From NCBI GenBank assembly GCA_010093705.1, contig MU006094.1, positions 905,550 to 969,549 of the forward strand: DNA of 64,000 nucleotides, written 5' to 3'. The notes beneath the pieces were generated by a model, which was given only the letters and a program-made list of their open reading frames with translations, ran no database searches and was not told the origin of the DNA. The first letter of the stretch is position 1. Every line of letters begins with the position of its first letter. This document shows positions 50,366 through 62,537 of the stretch, piece after piece. A program made the translations under genes and the position numbers. The DNA comes from Patellaria atrata CBS 101060. Its lineage: Eukaryota.

Positions 50366-50895
50366 GATGCGAAACGGTGGCTGAACAAGACCTGATACTA
50401 CCTATTGGAGAATGTCATCTTTTAAGAAATTGTCTTGCGACACTGCTGTACTATTTGCTGAATAGTTGAGCAGGTCGGATGTGTCTTTGTGATCGTTGTG
50501 TTGTGCTGTACGAGGGACGATGGTGCAGCTGACAAGGCCGAGACAATCGATGTCACCAGGTGCGCGAAACAAGGCGTGTCAGGGTAGACTATATGCGCGA
50601 ATGCAGGATTTATGTATAGTCAACCGTGATAATTCGAATTTCTCTTTGATGAAACATTTATCTTTGTATTGAATGCTTATACTAGAGTAAGGTATGCTCG
50701 GGTAAAGTTAGATGCTGTACATTTGGCTTGGTGTTGCTTCTTCGAGAGGTCTCCGCTGAGATCAGAGCTCCCACATCAACCCACCACCAGGCCTAGTAAC
50801 CACACCACAACCCTCCAACAACTACACGTCAGAAGCTGCACAGAGATTACAACTGTTCAGAAACCCTTCCAACTCCTTGTTTCCAATCTGTAAAG

Positions 50896-51696
50896 ATGTC
50901 GAACGTACACTCGATGTCCGATGAGCAGGTATGGGAAGCTTCCACAGTTTAACCTTGGCAGCACATACTGATGATATATAACAAAGGTCGCTGGGGAGCT
51001 GAAGAAGATGACGGCCTTTATTAGGCAGGAGGCGTTAGAAAAGGCAAAGGAAATCCAGATTAAGGCCGACGAAGAATTTGCAATAGAAAAGTCAAAGCTC
51101 GTACGCCAGGAAACCGCTGCCATAGATTCCAGCTATGAGAAGAAGTTCAAGCAAGCTTCCATGTCGCAACAGATTACGCGATCCACTGTTGCGAATAAGA
51201 CCCGGCTAAAGGTTCTCAGTGCCCGCCAGGAATTGTTGAACGATCTGTTCGAGCAGGCCAGGAAGAGGTTGGGTGACCATACTAAGGATAAGAGCAAATA
51301 CCAGGAAATCCTCAAGAATCTGATCCTAGAGGGACTCTATGCTCTGAATGAGAGCAATGTGCAAGTTAGGGCACGGAAGGCCGATTATGACATTGTGAAG
51401 AAGGCTATTGATGATGCGTCGAAGGTCTACCAAGAAAAGACGGACAAGGAAGTCAAGGTTGAGATTGACGAGAAAAACGCTTTCCCAGAAGAATCGTAAG
51501 TGCAAGTTTCCTATATCACTCTCCCCAACTAATATTTCGTTATAGTGCCGGGGGTGTCTCGATTGTAGGAACAGGCGGAAGGATTGATATCAACAACTCT
51601 TTCGAGGAACGATTAAAGCTTCTTGAAACTGATGCACTACCTTCAATCCGCGTCATCCTCTTCGGAGAGAACAAGAACCGTAGATTCAAAGACTGA
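50896..51696 (+). CDS. VMA4: V-type ATPase subunit E; 2 introns
   Basis: MSNVHSMSDEQ|VAGELKKMTAFIRQEALEKAKEIQIKADEEFAIEKSKLV..|AGGV..INNSFEERL..LFGENKNRRFKD*. Confidence 0.96.
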
Positions 51697-52178
51697 AGGA
51701 GATCTATTTGTCTACCATCCCTTCTACTATGCTGTCCCTTTTGACAGCTGATTTATGCCTTACCACTGTCCTCTTCACAACCTCTGCTGCATTTATACTT
51801 AATAGAGAGATTCATGAGCTCAAAGAGGATGTACCATACTTCTCCTATTGTTGATGGTGAGCGATCAATACTGCTGATAGATATTGCAACTTCTGTAAAT
51901 AGTGCGACCGAAGACTACAGTTGACAACACGGCTACAAGTCCTTAGTAATGATTAAATATGGTATGATCATAATAATTCCGTTTGCAATTCCATATATGT
52001 TGTGATATCGTCATAAGTGAAGCAACATGCCAAGACGCATCGGCGAATTCGCGACTCCCGTCTCCCCTCGCAACTTTTATAAACTTCATCCACTCGACTG
52101 GAGCTTCAACAACCTGCCACTCTGACAATTGACCGCTCTTGAAACCCTTCAAACCTCCGCACTCATTCACAACCAACA

Positions 52179-53439
52179 ATGCTCGTCTCCCTCACAGTCG
52201 GCAAAGTCGACGCGGGTGTAGCTGTTCTCCTCACCGAAGACAAACGACTAGTAGTTCCCCCCAGCCCGACCTCTGACCCACAGGCTCTGACCAATTTTGC
52301 AGATCGAATTTCCCTCAATTCTCCTCCCGCCCGACATCTCCTCCGGCTCCATCGTTGACATCACTGTTGCTCGCAACTTTGACTCAGAAGCCCGTACTGC
52401 TGCGGCTTTCCAATCGCTACAAAATACCATTTACCACACCTTCGGTTTGAGATCTCCTTCACCGCCCGTTTTGCGTTGCCGCAATGCCACTCAGACTTCT
52501 GTGGTACTAGAATGGGATCCGGTTGAGCTCGCCACGGCGGAGTTGCGAAGTTTGAGCTTGTATCGGAATGGCAGTAAGGCGGGTAGCATTCCACGACCGA
52601 CAGAAACGCTCGCGACAAAGATCAGCGGATTGGCAGTAGATACAGCATACACATTTCATTTGGTGCTAAGAACTAGCGCTGGAACATACAGTAGCGAGAA
52701 ATTGACGGTCCGTACGCACAAAATGACAGAGTTGAGTGGTATCACGATCACGCCTGGTATCATGGCCGCCCCACTTCGCGAATCCCTCGTCCAGACTGTG
52801 GAGCGAATCGGAGCCAAGATCATCGATACTGTCCGGATTGACACGACACACTTCGTATGCACAGAGGGGCGCGGTCAAGCGTGGGAGAAGGCGGTCGAGA
52901 GTAACGTCCCTGTAGTAGTTCCGGATTGGATTAAGGGTTGTGAGCGAGAGGGTAGAATTGTCGGTGTGCGGGCGTATTATTTAGACGCAGATCCTCGATT
53001 CAGACAGGTTGGACCGGGAGTACTGCAGCAGCATCAGCAATTGGGTCAAAATTCGGCAGGTCAGAGCCAGCAGAGCGTACCGTTGACTAGCCCGAGGACA
53101 GAAGTCACACCACCTACGCCAGAACAGCCGAAAGCGCAGTTGGCAGAACGGCCCATGGGAACCCAGGAACAGGATCGTGCACAGGGGCAACAGAGACGGG
53201 AGGAATCCGATAATGAGACCTCAAGCTCGGTACCAGAACAAGCACCGCTACCGTTAGAACACCGGCTTGAACAGAAAGTGATAGCAGAAGAACCGAAAAC
53301 GAGAACCGAAGACATGAAACCGCATCCTCCGTCTGCAGAAAAGGGTGCTGAAAATAATGATAGCGAGGATGAAGAAGAATCCGAACAGCAAAGTCCCAGC
53401 ACAGAAAACCCGAACAACTTTGACGACATTCAACTCTGA
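52179..53439 (+). CDS. CHS5: Exomer scaffold / chitin biosynthesis protein Chs5 (FN3 + BRCT); intron 52251-52302
   Basis: MLVSLTVGKVDAGVAVLLTEDKRL|IEFPSILLP; NATQTSVVLEW; IDTTHFVC..PVVVPDW; acidic tail. Confidence 0.95.
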
Positions 53440-53902
53440 GGTATTTTTTTTTGGGGGGGAAGGTGGTTTGTTTCATTCTATGTTTTTTTTTTTTCGGGGT
53501 ATTTTCAACTTTTTACGTCTCACCGAATGCCCTCTTCATATTCAAGTACCTCCTGATCAGCCACCACCGGATTACTTCGCCGACCGACACAGGAACGAGA
53601 ACCGGGAAAACCGCACCGGCTTTTGCCTGGCGGCTGATTGGGTTAGAAGTTGAAGAGGGCATTCGGTGAGTTCAATATAAATGTACGATTGAGACAGTTG
53701 GAAAAGGTTTGGGAGAGGATTGTAAAAATATTTGTAGAGGAATGATAATGAAAAACTGTATGAAGATCCGCAGAAGAATCATATAAGTAGTACTACCAAC
53801 GTGCTCCTTCCGTACCCAGTCCTCCCCCGTTGCCCCTGACCACACATCCCCTATCCCGCTGTACCCCCTTCCTCTAGATCAGATGCATAGCCCTCATCTT
53901 CC

Positions 53903-54100
53903 CTCATACGCATGCCCCTCCTTCCTCCACCTGGCATAAAACCCACCCGTAAACACCCCCTTAAGATCCAAACCATACCCGACTTTAGCAAACCCAAACC
54001 CCCTTTTCTCATACGCAGGCCCCTCCTTCCTCCGTCCGCCATAAGACCCACCTGCAAACACCCCTCTCAAAATCCCCACCAAACCCGACTTCCGCAAACC
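53903..54100. repeat. Degenerate ~105-bp direct tandem repeat, C-rich on the + strand
   Basis: CTCATACGCA..CCCCTCCTTCCTCC..CCCACC..AAACACCCC..ACCCGACTT..GCAAACC at 53903 and 54008. Confidence 0.8.
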
Positions 54101-54219
54101 TCATCCCTTATTCCACAAACCCGCCATTTTCCCCCCTCCGTCCGTCCAACACAAACCACCCAACCTCCCTCTTGGTAAAAACCCCCCAGCCCCACGTCCC
54201 CCCAAAAACAAAAACCCCC

Positions 54220-55045
54220 CTACGCTCCCCCCTCCCTCCTCTGACCAACATAAAACCCCAACCCAAAACTCTCCGTGGTAAACGTAATCGTGCTACCCTT
54301 CTCAAAATAAAACACATCCCCCTTGGTGGCGTGGACTTTTTTGCCACTCTCGTCGGAGATGTCGAATTCGCCGTCGACGATGATTTTCATCTCATGGTAG
54401 GTGTAGGTGTAGACGAGGGGCGTGCCGGACTCGAGGCGGTAGAAACCGGCGGAGATGGGGGAGGTGGGGTCGTGGGGTTCGCTGCGTGGAGTGTTAGGGG
54501 GAGTTGTGTTGGGAGAAGGGGAGGAAGGTGGGAGTGGCTTTGGATGGTGGAGGGAAGGTATGGAAGAGGGAAGGTGTGCGATGAGGAGGTGTGGGGGAAG
54601 AGGTATTGGAGGAGAAAGTAAGATTTTGTAGGAAGGGGCGGTTATACGGTTGGGACGTAGATACAGGAAGGGAGATGGTATGGGAAGGGAAAATGGTACA
54701 GGAAGGTATGATGATTATGGAAGGGTGAGATGTACGGGAAGGTGAAGTCGTACGGTAAAGGGAGGTTGTACGGTTATATAGAAATTGCAAGGGAAGGCTC
54801 ACTTGTACGGAAGGGAAAGTTATACAGAAGTAAGTTCCGGATGGAAAGGGGAAGTAGTACGGAGAGGTGAAGTTACAGATTTAAATTGTACAACGGGGGG
54901 AAGATCCTATGGTAAGGCCAGAGAAGAGGAAAGTTTGATCTCACCTCGACACAATATCCCCCAAATACGCGTTATCGTTTGCGATCAATGGAGGCTTGAA
55001 CGTCGATTGAGCGGCAGGAAAGTGGGTGAAGCTTGCCGGTGCCAT
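54220..55045 (-). CDS. EutQ-like cupin protein (120 aa); single 463-nt intron 54944-54482
   Basis: Spliced MAPASFTHFPAAQSTFKPPLIANDNAYLGDIVSS EPHDPTSPISAGFYRLESGTPLVYTYTYHEMKIIVDGEFDISDESGKKVHATKGDVFYFEKGSTITFTT..GLGFYVGQR; GTGAGA donor, CTAAC branch point, CAG acceptor; not in the ORF track. Confidence 0.88.
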
Positions 55046-56927
55046 TTTCTTCTCGGGTTTGGAGGACCGGGTGGAGGAGGATTTGACTTTACTGAGGATA
55101 CTGCCCATTAGGACTGATTGGATGTAGAGTAGTGTGAGATTATGGGATAGATTGGGGATGGGAGAGTATGCAGAGTATATGAGTGATTACTGATAGTGTA
55201 TGGAGGTCCTCTAACGGGCAAAACGGGGTTGAAGCGTCGTATGCGTTCAAAGTGGTGATTGAGGAGAAGGTGAAGAACAAGAGAAAGGGCTCGCTCCTCT
55301 CTCAAAGCATTGTACAACTTACAGATATATACAATCGATCTTACGTCTGCCGATATATGCCTTGACGGAGAACAGACAGCTTCAACAAATCAGAGAACCG
55401 AGACCGATATCCAGGCAGACAGAAACAGCTCGAAAACGCGCCCAGAGTTTATTTGGAGATAAGAAGGCTCGAGTGGAAAGTAGTATAGGTACACTATGCA
55501 GAAAGCTCCCATATCTGCAGTATACAGACTTATATATGCTCTTCCCTTTCAATAACCAATTCACGCTACTGTACGGTACAATGCTTCCTCCTCATCTGCC
55601 CCACTAATACCCCACCGTTATCAATGTTTGGACAGAGGGGTTTAAGGCAATTCTTGTCCGTATGAGGACTCAGTTGCTGAATAGAGCATGGTGATGGATG
55701 TGGAGTTCAGAGGGCTGCAGGGAAGTATGAATAAGGTGCAGACGTGCAGCGCCCATCGATGTCGACATAAAGTTCAGAGAAACTTAGACTAAAAAGTAGG
55801 GTTAATATAAGTGGAGCAAAGATATGGCCGATTACTCATCTCACCTCGACCTCAAACACTCACCCCCTCTTCTCCTCTGTCAAAGTGTTCTACATACAGT
55901 AGGATAATCATTAACAAGTCCTTGCCGTCTTATGCAAGACCTGGTCTGTACGTAATGCTGTCTGATTGTAGGCTGATGGAGAAAAGACACCTAAAATGAT
56001 GAGCTCCATATCCAAGGGGAAACTTGCCCTAAAGCGGCAATAAAAGCCTAGCCAATCATCGTGCACGAAATCAGTATGAGAGTACTACAACTCAAGCCAT
56101 ACATCTCCAGAGTGAGATAAACCACCATCTCTCGTACGAAGCACCACATGTCGATATCACGAGTTATGATTACCCAGTACAGCAGGTCTACACTCTAGGC
56201 CAGGTGTGCAAACCATCCTCCTAGGGCTGAACCTCAGTTGAACATACCATCTCCCCTGGAGCTAAGTCGAAGCACTTCATCTCGCCTAGTGTCTCCATCG
56301 TATAACTTATCCCCTATAGTCAGGCACCGTAGCCATATTAGTACACATTGCCCTTGCATTATGCTTCTGCAGTAACATTGTCAACTAATGAGAGTAAGCG
56401 GCATGTTATGAACATCCATGTGTGATACATGTATGTCCGAACCTTAAGTACAGTCAGAGTCGCTTGTCTCGTAAGGTAGAATAATGCGTGCTTATAAGGG
56501 AAGCCTGATGCGCACGCGTGCTGCGTCGAGCTATTTAAAATGAGCGTGCATATTTTGTACTGTGATAAAGCAGCCGGACAATCCAACCTTCTGCGCCATA
56601 CACCGTCCTACTCTTCAAACCCTCCGATCCTTCCAGTCCCATAATAACTCCCGTAACCTCATGTCCTCGTGTCGTGGTCTATCAGTCCCACCCGTATCGT
56701 ATCCATCATGACGCTGAAAAGAACATGAAGAAAAGACCACCTCTAGGACCTGGTACCAAACCCCGGTGCACACCCAAACCCCAGGACGCCAAGGATAACA
56801 AGAACTGGTACAAGAAGGAGAACGTCTAATAAACACTCGTACATTCAAATCCGAAGGCTAAATCTCAAAGTCTATGCGCTGGACTATACCCGAAACATTT
56901 CGCAGGTATTAGAAATATGTGAGATGT

Positions 56928-59514
56928 TCAACCCAAAAGCACTATGATGCGTCAGTGATGTTAAGCAAGAGTGAAGAACGTCATATGGAGATGTTAACTC
57001 ACCTTCCCAGCGCCAGTCCTTCATTACGCCAATCCAATGGAGATTACCTCTCACGGTAAAATTCGGATCTAACGCCCCGGTCATGGCATCGGCGGAACGC
57101 TTCCTAGATCCTGGAACTCTGATCGGATTTGGGAGATCATAAGCAGAGCAATTCGCTCTACGTTTCGGAGTTCCAAAATTACACCATCCAACAATTTCTT
57201 CCACTGGGCTTTCTTCTCTAGTCATGCTCCGCTTAAGCCCGTCACGATTTCCAGCTTCATAAGCGTCCCTCCGATCCCAGACTTCCTGGACAATCTCAGC
57301 ACACCTATCAATGACTCCGATCTTCATCCTCTGCGCCATGCAATTCCATCGGTCACAAACCCATTGCCGAGTCTCAGGATCAGTTGCTTCGCAACCAGCA
57401 GCCAAGAGTGGGTATATATGGACAATAACCGCTCTAGAGCTCAATGGCACAGTCGCAAGGAAGACAAGAACCCGCTTCGCGAGATCTCCTGATGGCTCCG
57501 ATGGTATTTCTGGAACAGCTTGGTGAAGATACAATAGAGTTGCCCATCGGTATGCTTCTGCTGTCTGGATGCTGTGTTGAACATCGAGAGAGGGATCCTC
57601 TGGATCTTCCCACCGTAGATGCGGAGGTTGCCAACTTTCGAGCATCTCCTTGAACTCTATGGCCTGAGAAATGACAGGTGGGCTATTACTTTCTGAGCAG
57701 CGCACCCGTCGAACGAGATTCGCGACGCGTCCGATAATCGGGAACAAGGTTTGAGCACAGCCCATAAGTGGATCAAGCTCAGTCACAGATTGACAATCGG
57801 GTGAGAGCATTTTGAACGGTGCATCGAAGTCCGTTGAATCATCTGCGTCGATTGAGGTGAGGCGAGCGATTACGTCCATGTATACCCACGTATTACAGAG
57901 GAACTTCAATCTGCGGAGCTCCAGTCCAAAAAAGGAAGACCTCGAATGCTGTATCAAAGCATTGTTCATCAGAATCCTCGCGCCCTTGATGTGGTTGATG
58001 CCCGTCGAGGTGTGTTGGTCCCAGGATTCCGAGAAAGCTAATACCAGAGTTGTAGCTAGGGCAGTATGGTATGGCATATTCTGTATTCCCTTTGCTAGTT
58101 GCTGTATGCTGGTCCGCATATACTCGATACCTTGCAGCCGCTGTTCCTGGTTGCCTCTGCAGGTGTGAAAGCTGGTCATCGACGCGATGGCATACCACAA
58201 TGCTGGACAGTCTTTTGCCAAAGGGTATATCAACGTTCTCCATGGATTTTCCGTCGGGCCGTCTTTTACGGACAGAATGCCACATGTATTGTGATTAAAA
58301 CTGAGAGTTACCATCTCCACACTAGTTTTCGCAAACAAAGGTGACTGAAATATACTGTAGACATAGTCCATTGGTCTGGAAATGACTGTTGCTCTATCTG
58401 ATGATCCGGACGACGAGCTCGACGGTGATGGCGATGGTAAACGCATCACCCATGCTTCATGGTCAGGATTTACCTCACTCTGTCGAATAATCTCTTCGAT
58501 ATCGTCGTCTTCAAAGTCCGTGTTCATACTATTTTGCGGTACCAAAGCCGGCGGGGCAAAGACGTCTTCATACTGAGCTCTAAAGCTAGCATACTCAGGA
58601 GGAGTAGCGGTCAAATCCGTTCCTGGCAATAGTAAATCTACTAGTTTTGGAGATTGGCCCGAGGATAGGCTGGATGGCGCAGTCGTCATAGATTGCATGG
58701 TATCTGTATCGTTACACATGCTACGCATCGTCGTGGCTGGACTGGGTTCATAATGGTCTCCAAGTGATCGCGACTGGAGAAAATAAGATGAATCGACCGG
58801 AAACAAGTTCGCCGCTGGAAAGCTACATGAGTCGACAGGAAGCACATGCCCATGAGAATAATCATGGTGAGGTTGGTGAGACTGCGGAAGAGGAATTGCA
58901 TCGTGGTCAAAGGAGTTGGTTACCGGAATCGGCTGTGCCTGGGTCACTACTCTGGCAGGAGCCTGGACGGGAGGAGGTGGAGGAGATGCTAATGTTGTTT
59001 AGATTTCTGTCCAAAGATGAATATTCATAATTCTTACATTTCTTCAACTTCCCCGGCAAGAACTTGCTCACGAAGCTCGTTTCTTCGAAGGGGCGCCATT
59101 TGAAGTCTTTCCGATATCCACCACACTGCACATTTCGGCGAGCACATTGCTGGCAGGTGGGTTTCGTCTCGTCGCATTTGAGGCGTTTCGCTTTGCAAGT
59201 AACACAACCTGAGGTGGTGGTGATCAGCAATCATGCACATAAACCCCAGCGCGATACTATTGAAACCTTCAAAGTCTGTTGCAGACCGGCGGAGGTACCA
59301 TAGAATTAGAGGTAGGATGGTCGCCCATAGATAAGGTCGCGCAGGTGAGACGGGTGGATTTACCATTTCTACTCTTAGATTGCTTCCTCTTCGTAACGAC
59401 TTCTACATCTTTTACATCTTTAAATGCTCCTTTACTTGTCGTTCCTGAACGATTTTTTGTCGCAGCTCTGAGAGTTGGGGTAGTGGGGATGGGGAGAAGC
59501 GAAACGTCAGCCAT
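56928..59514 (-). CDS. Zn(II)2Cys6 transcription factor with a fungal TF domain, Acr-2-like; about 3 introns
   Basis: KRKQSKSRNG|CVTCKAKRLKCDETKPTCQQCARRNVQCGGY; TCGILSVKDGPTENPWR; YMDVIARLTS; last exon WE|VLLG*. Confidence 0.88.
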
Positions 59515-60759
59515 ACGCCTAATCTACGATACCTTAGGGTATGTGACTATTCTAAGGTAGTGTTGTTGAATAAGGTGTACCGTACGGTTCAGTGAATAAT
59601 TCTATGCTGCGCTGCTCGGCTTGTAACCGTCCACCGGTATACAGCTTTTCTTTTCGTGTAAACCAGTAAGCATGAAATTTAAGGGAAAAAATGTGGATGA
59701 GCAGACGGGATGGAAGTTTGTATCTCGGGTGTAGTCCGTCTGAAAGAGATGCAGGAGCAGGGACCCGCGTAAGTGATGATAGGGAAGGGTTAGGGATGAT
59801 GATTGCGAATCTGTAGTCAGCGCAAATATTGGCAGCACCTCAGTGGCCCGCAATGTGCCGCACCGTGTTCGGCCCTTGGGCCGTCAGTGGCAGTGACGGA
59901 ATCTCCTCCAACAGAAAAGCAGCCGTAGTGAGGATTTTGATGGACCGACACGAAGAAGGAAGAGCGATTGAGCAAGTGACCACCTGAACGGAACCTCCGC
60001 AAGTGGAGAGAGTGGAGGGAAGCTTTGGGAAAGAGCAAGGGAGGGTCGATCTCGCGCTTTGCGACAACGGGAAAGGCGTGACCCGGTTCGCTATCAGTCG
60101 TTGATTCCGTGTGTGATTCTGATTGGATGGTGTGATTGCTGACCCTGCCACGCACCTTCTCCGGGTTCAAGGACGGAAAGAACCTCGTGGGGATGCTTGG
60201 ACTTTAGCAAATGAATCCTCCCAAGGCAAGAGCGGCCGGGATACCGAAAATGATCAAAATAACGGAAGGTATGTGCAGAGGAGGAAATGTGCGGAAATGT
60301 AAAGGTACAGTAGGGGGATGATTAAGAGCAACTTGTCTCAAAAGAGACCGCACCAAAACTTTATATAAATGCTCAACATGCACGCAGCCTAAGACTGACA
60401 GCATTACCAACCATAAACGTTATTTCTTGTGCGGGGATATACAACGCATCAACCACCGTCTTTTCGGAAGACGATATTTGTAGTAGCAAAGCACCAGCAG
60501 TGTCCGTTCACTCCTCTTGCCACCTTTGCGTGCTGGCTGCACTGTGCAACCGAACACCAGTCTGATACCCTAGTTCCAGCATGATTCAAAGATTGTGGGG
60601 GTTATTTTGCGGGTTGTACTCTACTAGACCCTTGACTATGCGATAAGGCCGCAACTATTCGTGCTCATCATCCTGGTCTCTCAGTCTCGCGAACCTGAAC
60701 TTTTCCGTACTTTGCTGTGCTAACGTCATTTTTCCCCACGCTGAAATATTGTAAAGGTT

Positions 60760-62312
60760 TCATCGCGGTAGTTCTAGTTTTACCAGAATGTGTTTCATCA
60801 ACGGACGCGTGTCGGTGAGACGCCTTGTAGCTGGGTCAGATATTGCTTGCCAGAGTTGTTCCACAGAAGGTCGACAGCTCAGAATCCGCTCAATAGCGTG
60901 TAACTCTTCTCCTCTATTCTCCGACAGAGTCAACCGCGCAGAAGCTCCAGCGAGCCCTGACGCTAACATTATACATATTGCTTTGAAAAGGACGTTGCCC
61001 CCAAGCGCAGCGCAACCCCAAGCCGAGGCTTCAATGATGGCACATGGAGAAAGACCACCATGCTGTCTGAGAGCGCTAGTGAATACTGCATACAATTTAC
61101 GTATCTCACGCTCTAGATTGCCTTCTTGAAAATCCCTTGAGTCTTCGAAACCATCGTCTTCGACAACATCTAGAGGGAGCGCGTCAGCCAAAATATAGTG
61201 CCTATTCGGGCGGTTACCAGGAAACGTATATCTGCTCCACCTGTGCGGTTCTATTGTGACCTCTGAAGCTCGCGTGGACAGGGAAGGATGATGTCACAAC
61301 GGCTGCCTCCTCAGATATAGTGGGCGTGAGCAGTGCAGAAAGGCTTAGTGCCGGTGAGGCTGCTTGGAGTCGTTCCTCATGCGTACCTGAAGATCCAGGA
61401 CCAGGTTGAGCGTTTGCGGCAACCAATACGAACGTCACATCCTGATGACCTGCATCAGACGGCTCATACTCTTCGACAATTGTTTGTACGTGAAGATTCG
61501 ACCGAGAGTGGCAAGTAAGTGCATTTTCCATTTTTGCCTCGGCTTTGTAAACCTAGAAAGCGAAGTTGTGTGACTCAAAATAGTCTCCTTGACCGAAATG
61601 ATGGAGGATTATATTGATATATCCTTTGACCGCCTGAGGGTGCCCTGGTGAGTCGAACCAGGAAGTGAAGCATGGTATGCCCCAAGTGTTACCATCAGGT
61701 TGAGCGAACGTACCTAGGAATTGATGTGCAAGAAGAGCATCAACTTACTTTCCATTCAAAGTGGTTGAATCTTCTTCCTGATGAAGAATTGGAAGTTTAT
61801 CATTGGGAAACCAAGAATAAAGGGATGCAGCTACGGACAGTAGGTTACGGACAATGTTGTTTAATACAGATGCATTCTGGTAAGCTTCTAAAGTTGAACG
61901 AAGAAATTTTGAATCGGTATCACCAGTCCCACGAAATGTATAGGCGATATCCTCAATAAGGCTACATATTGTGTTTATTGCGTTATCCTCTAGTTCTTGA
62001 ACTGCACGACCCAGCAATTGATCCAGCATTTCGGCCTGTGTTGGCGCTTCCACATCGCATATACTTAGATGATCATCGCATCGGCGTGACAAATGGGTGG
62101 GTAGCGAAAATGACATCTTTGATGAAGAGCACGACACTTATGAAGGTCATGTTGAAGCTGTTGTAGGTTTTAGAGCTCGGGTAGACCGAGGACTCTGGCG
62201 AGGAGACGAGACGACGTTGATTTTTCGGCTCGTCCGGATTCCGTGCACTTCCACCCGTTTGGACTTCAACAACAACAATTATACAAAGATTTTGTAACAA
62301 TACACCTATCAC
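60760..62312 (-). CDS. Hypothetical multi-exon gene or pseudogene; exon structure unresolved
   Basis: Chain of same-strand ORFs (62073, 61745, 61214, 60760) with protein-like composition and splice-like signals (GTAAGT at 61748; GCTGAC..CTAG near 61170-61190). Confidence 0.4.
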
Positions 62313-62537
62313 ATGCCGTCATAATCATTCATCGTTTGAGAACGGCCCCCATTCATTGCAAATTTACTGAATACGTGAGACCTAGCATTTGGCTAGTTCT
62401 GGGCAAACGAAGCGTGTGAACCCTGCCTAAAAATTCTCCTGAATGTTGCACGTCCAGTAACCGTATGAAACATAGCAACGTGTAGAATTAGATGGAATAG
62501 TAGAGATCACAGGCCTCCTGCGTCATCTGGAGTCCGA

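Noticed and set aside
54172..55111. ORF-track ORFs in the purine-skewed region
   Set aside because: They are antisense to or within the EutQ-like gene and its low-complexity intron
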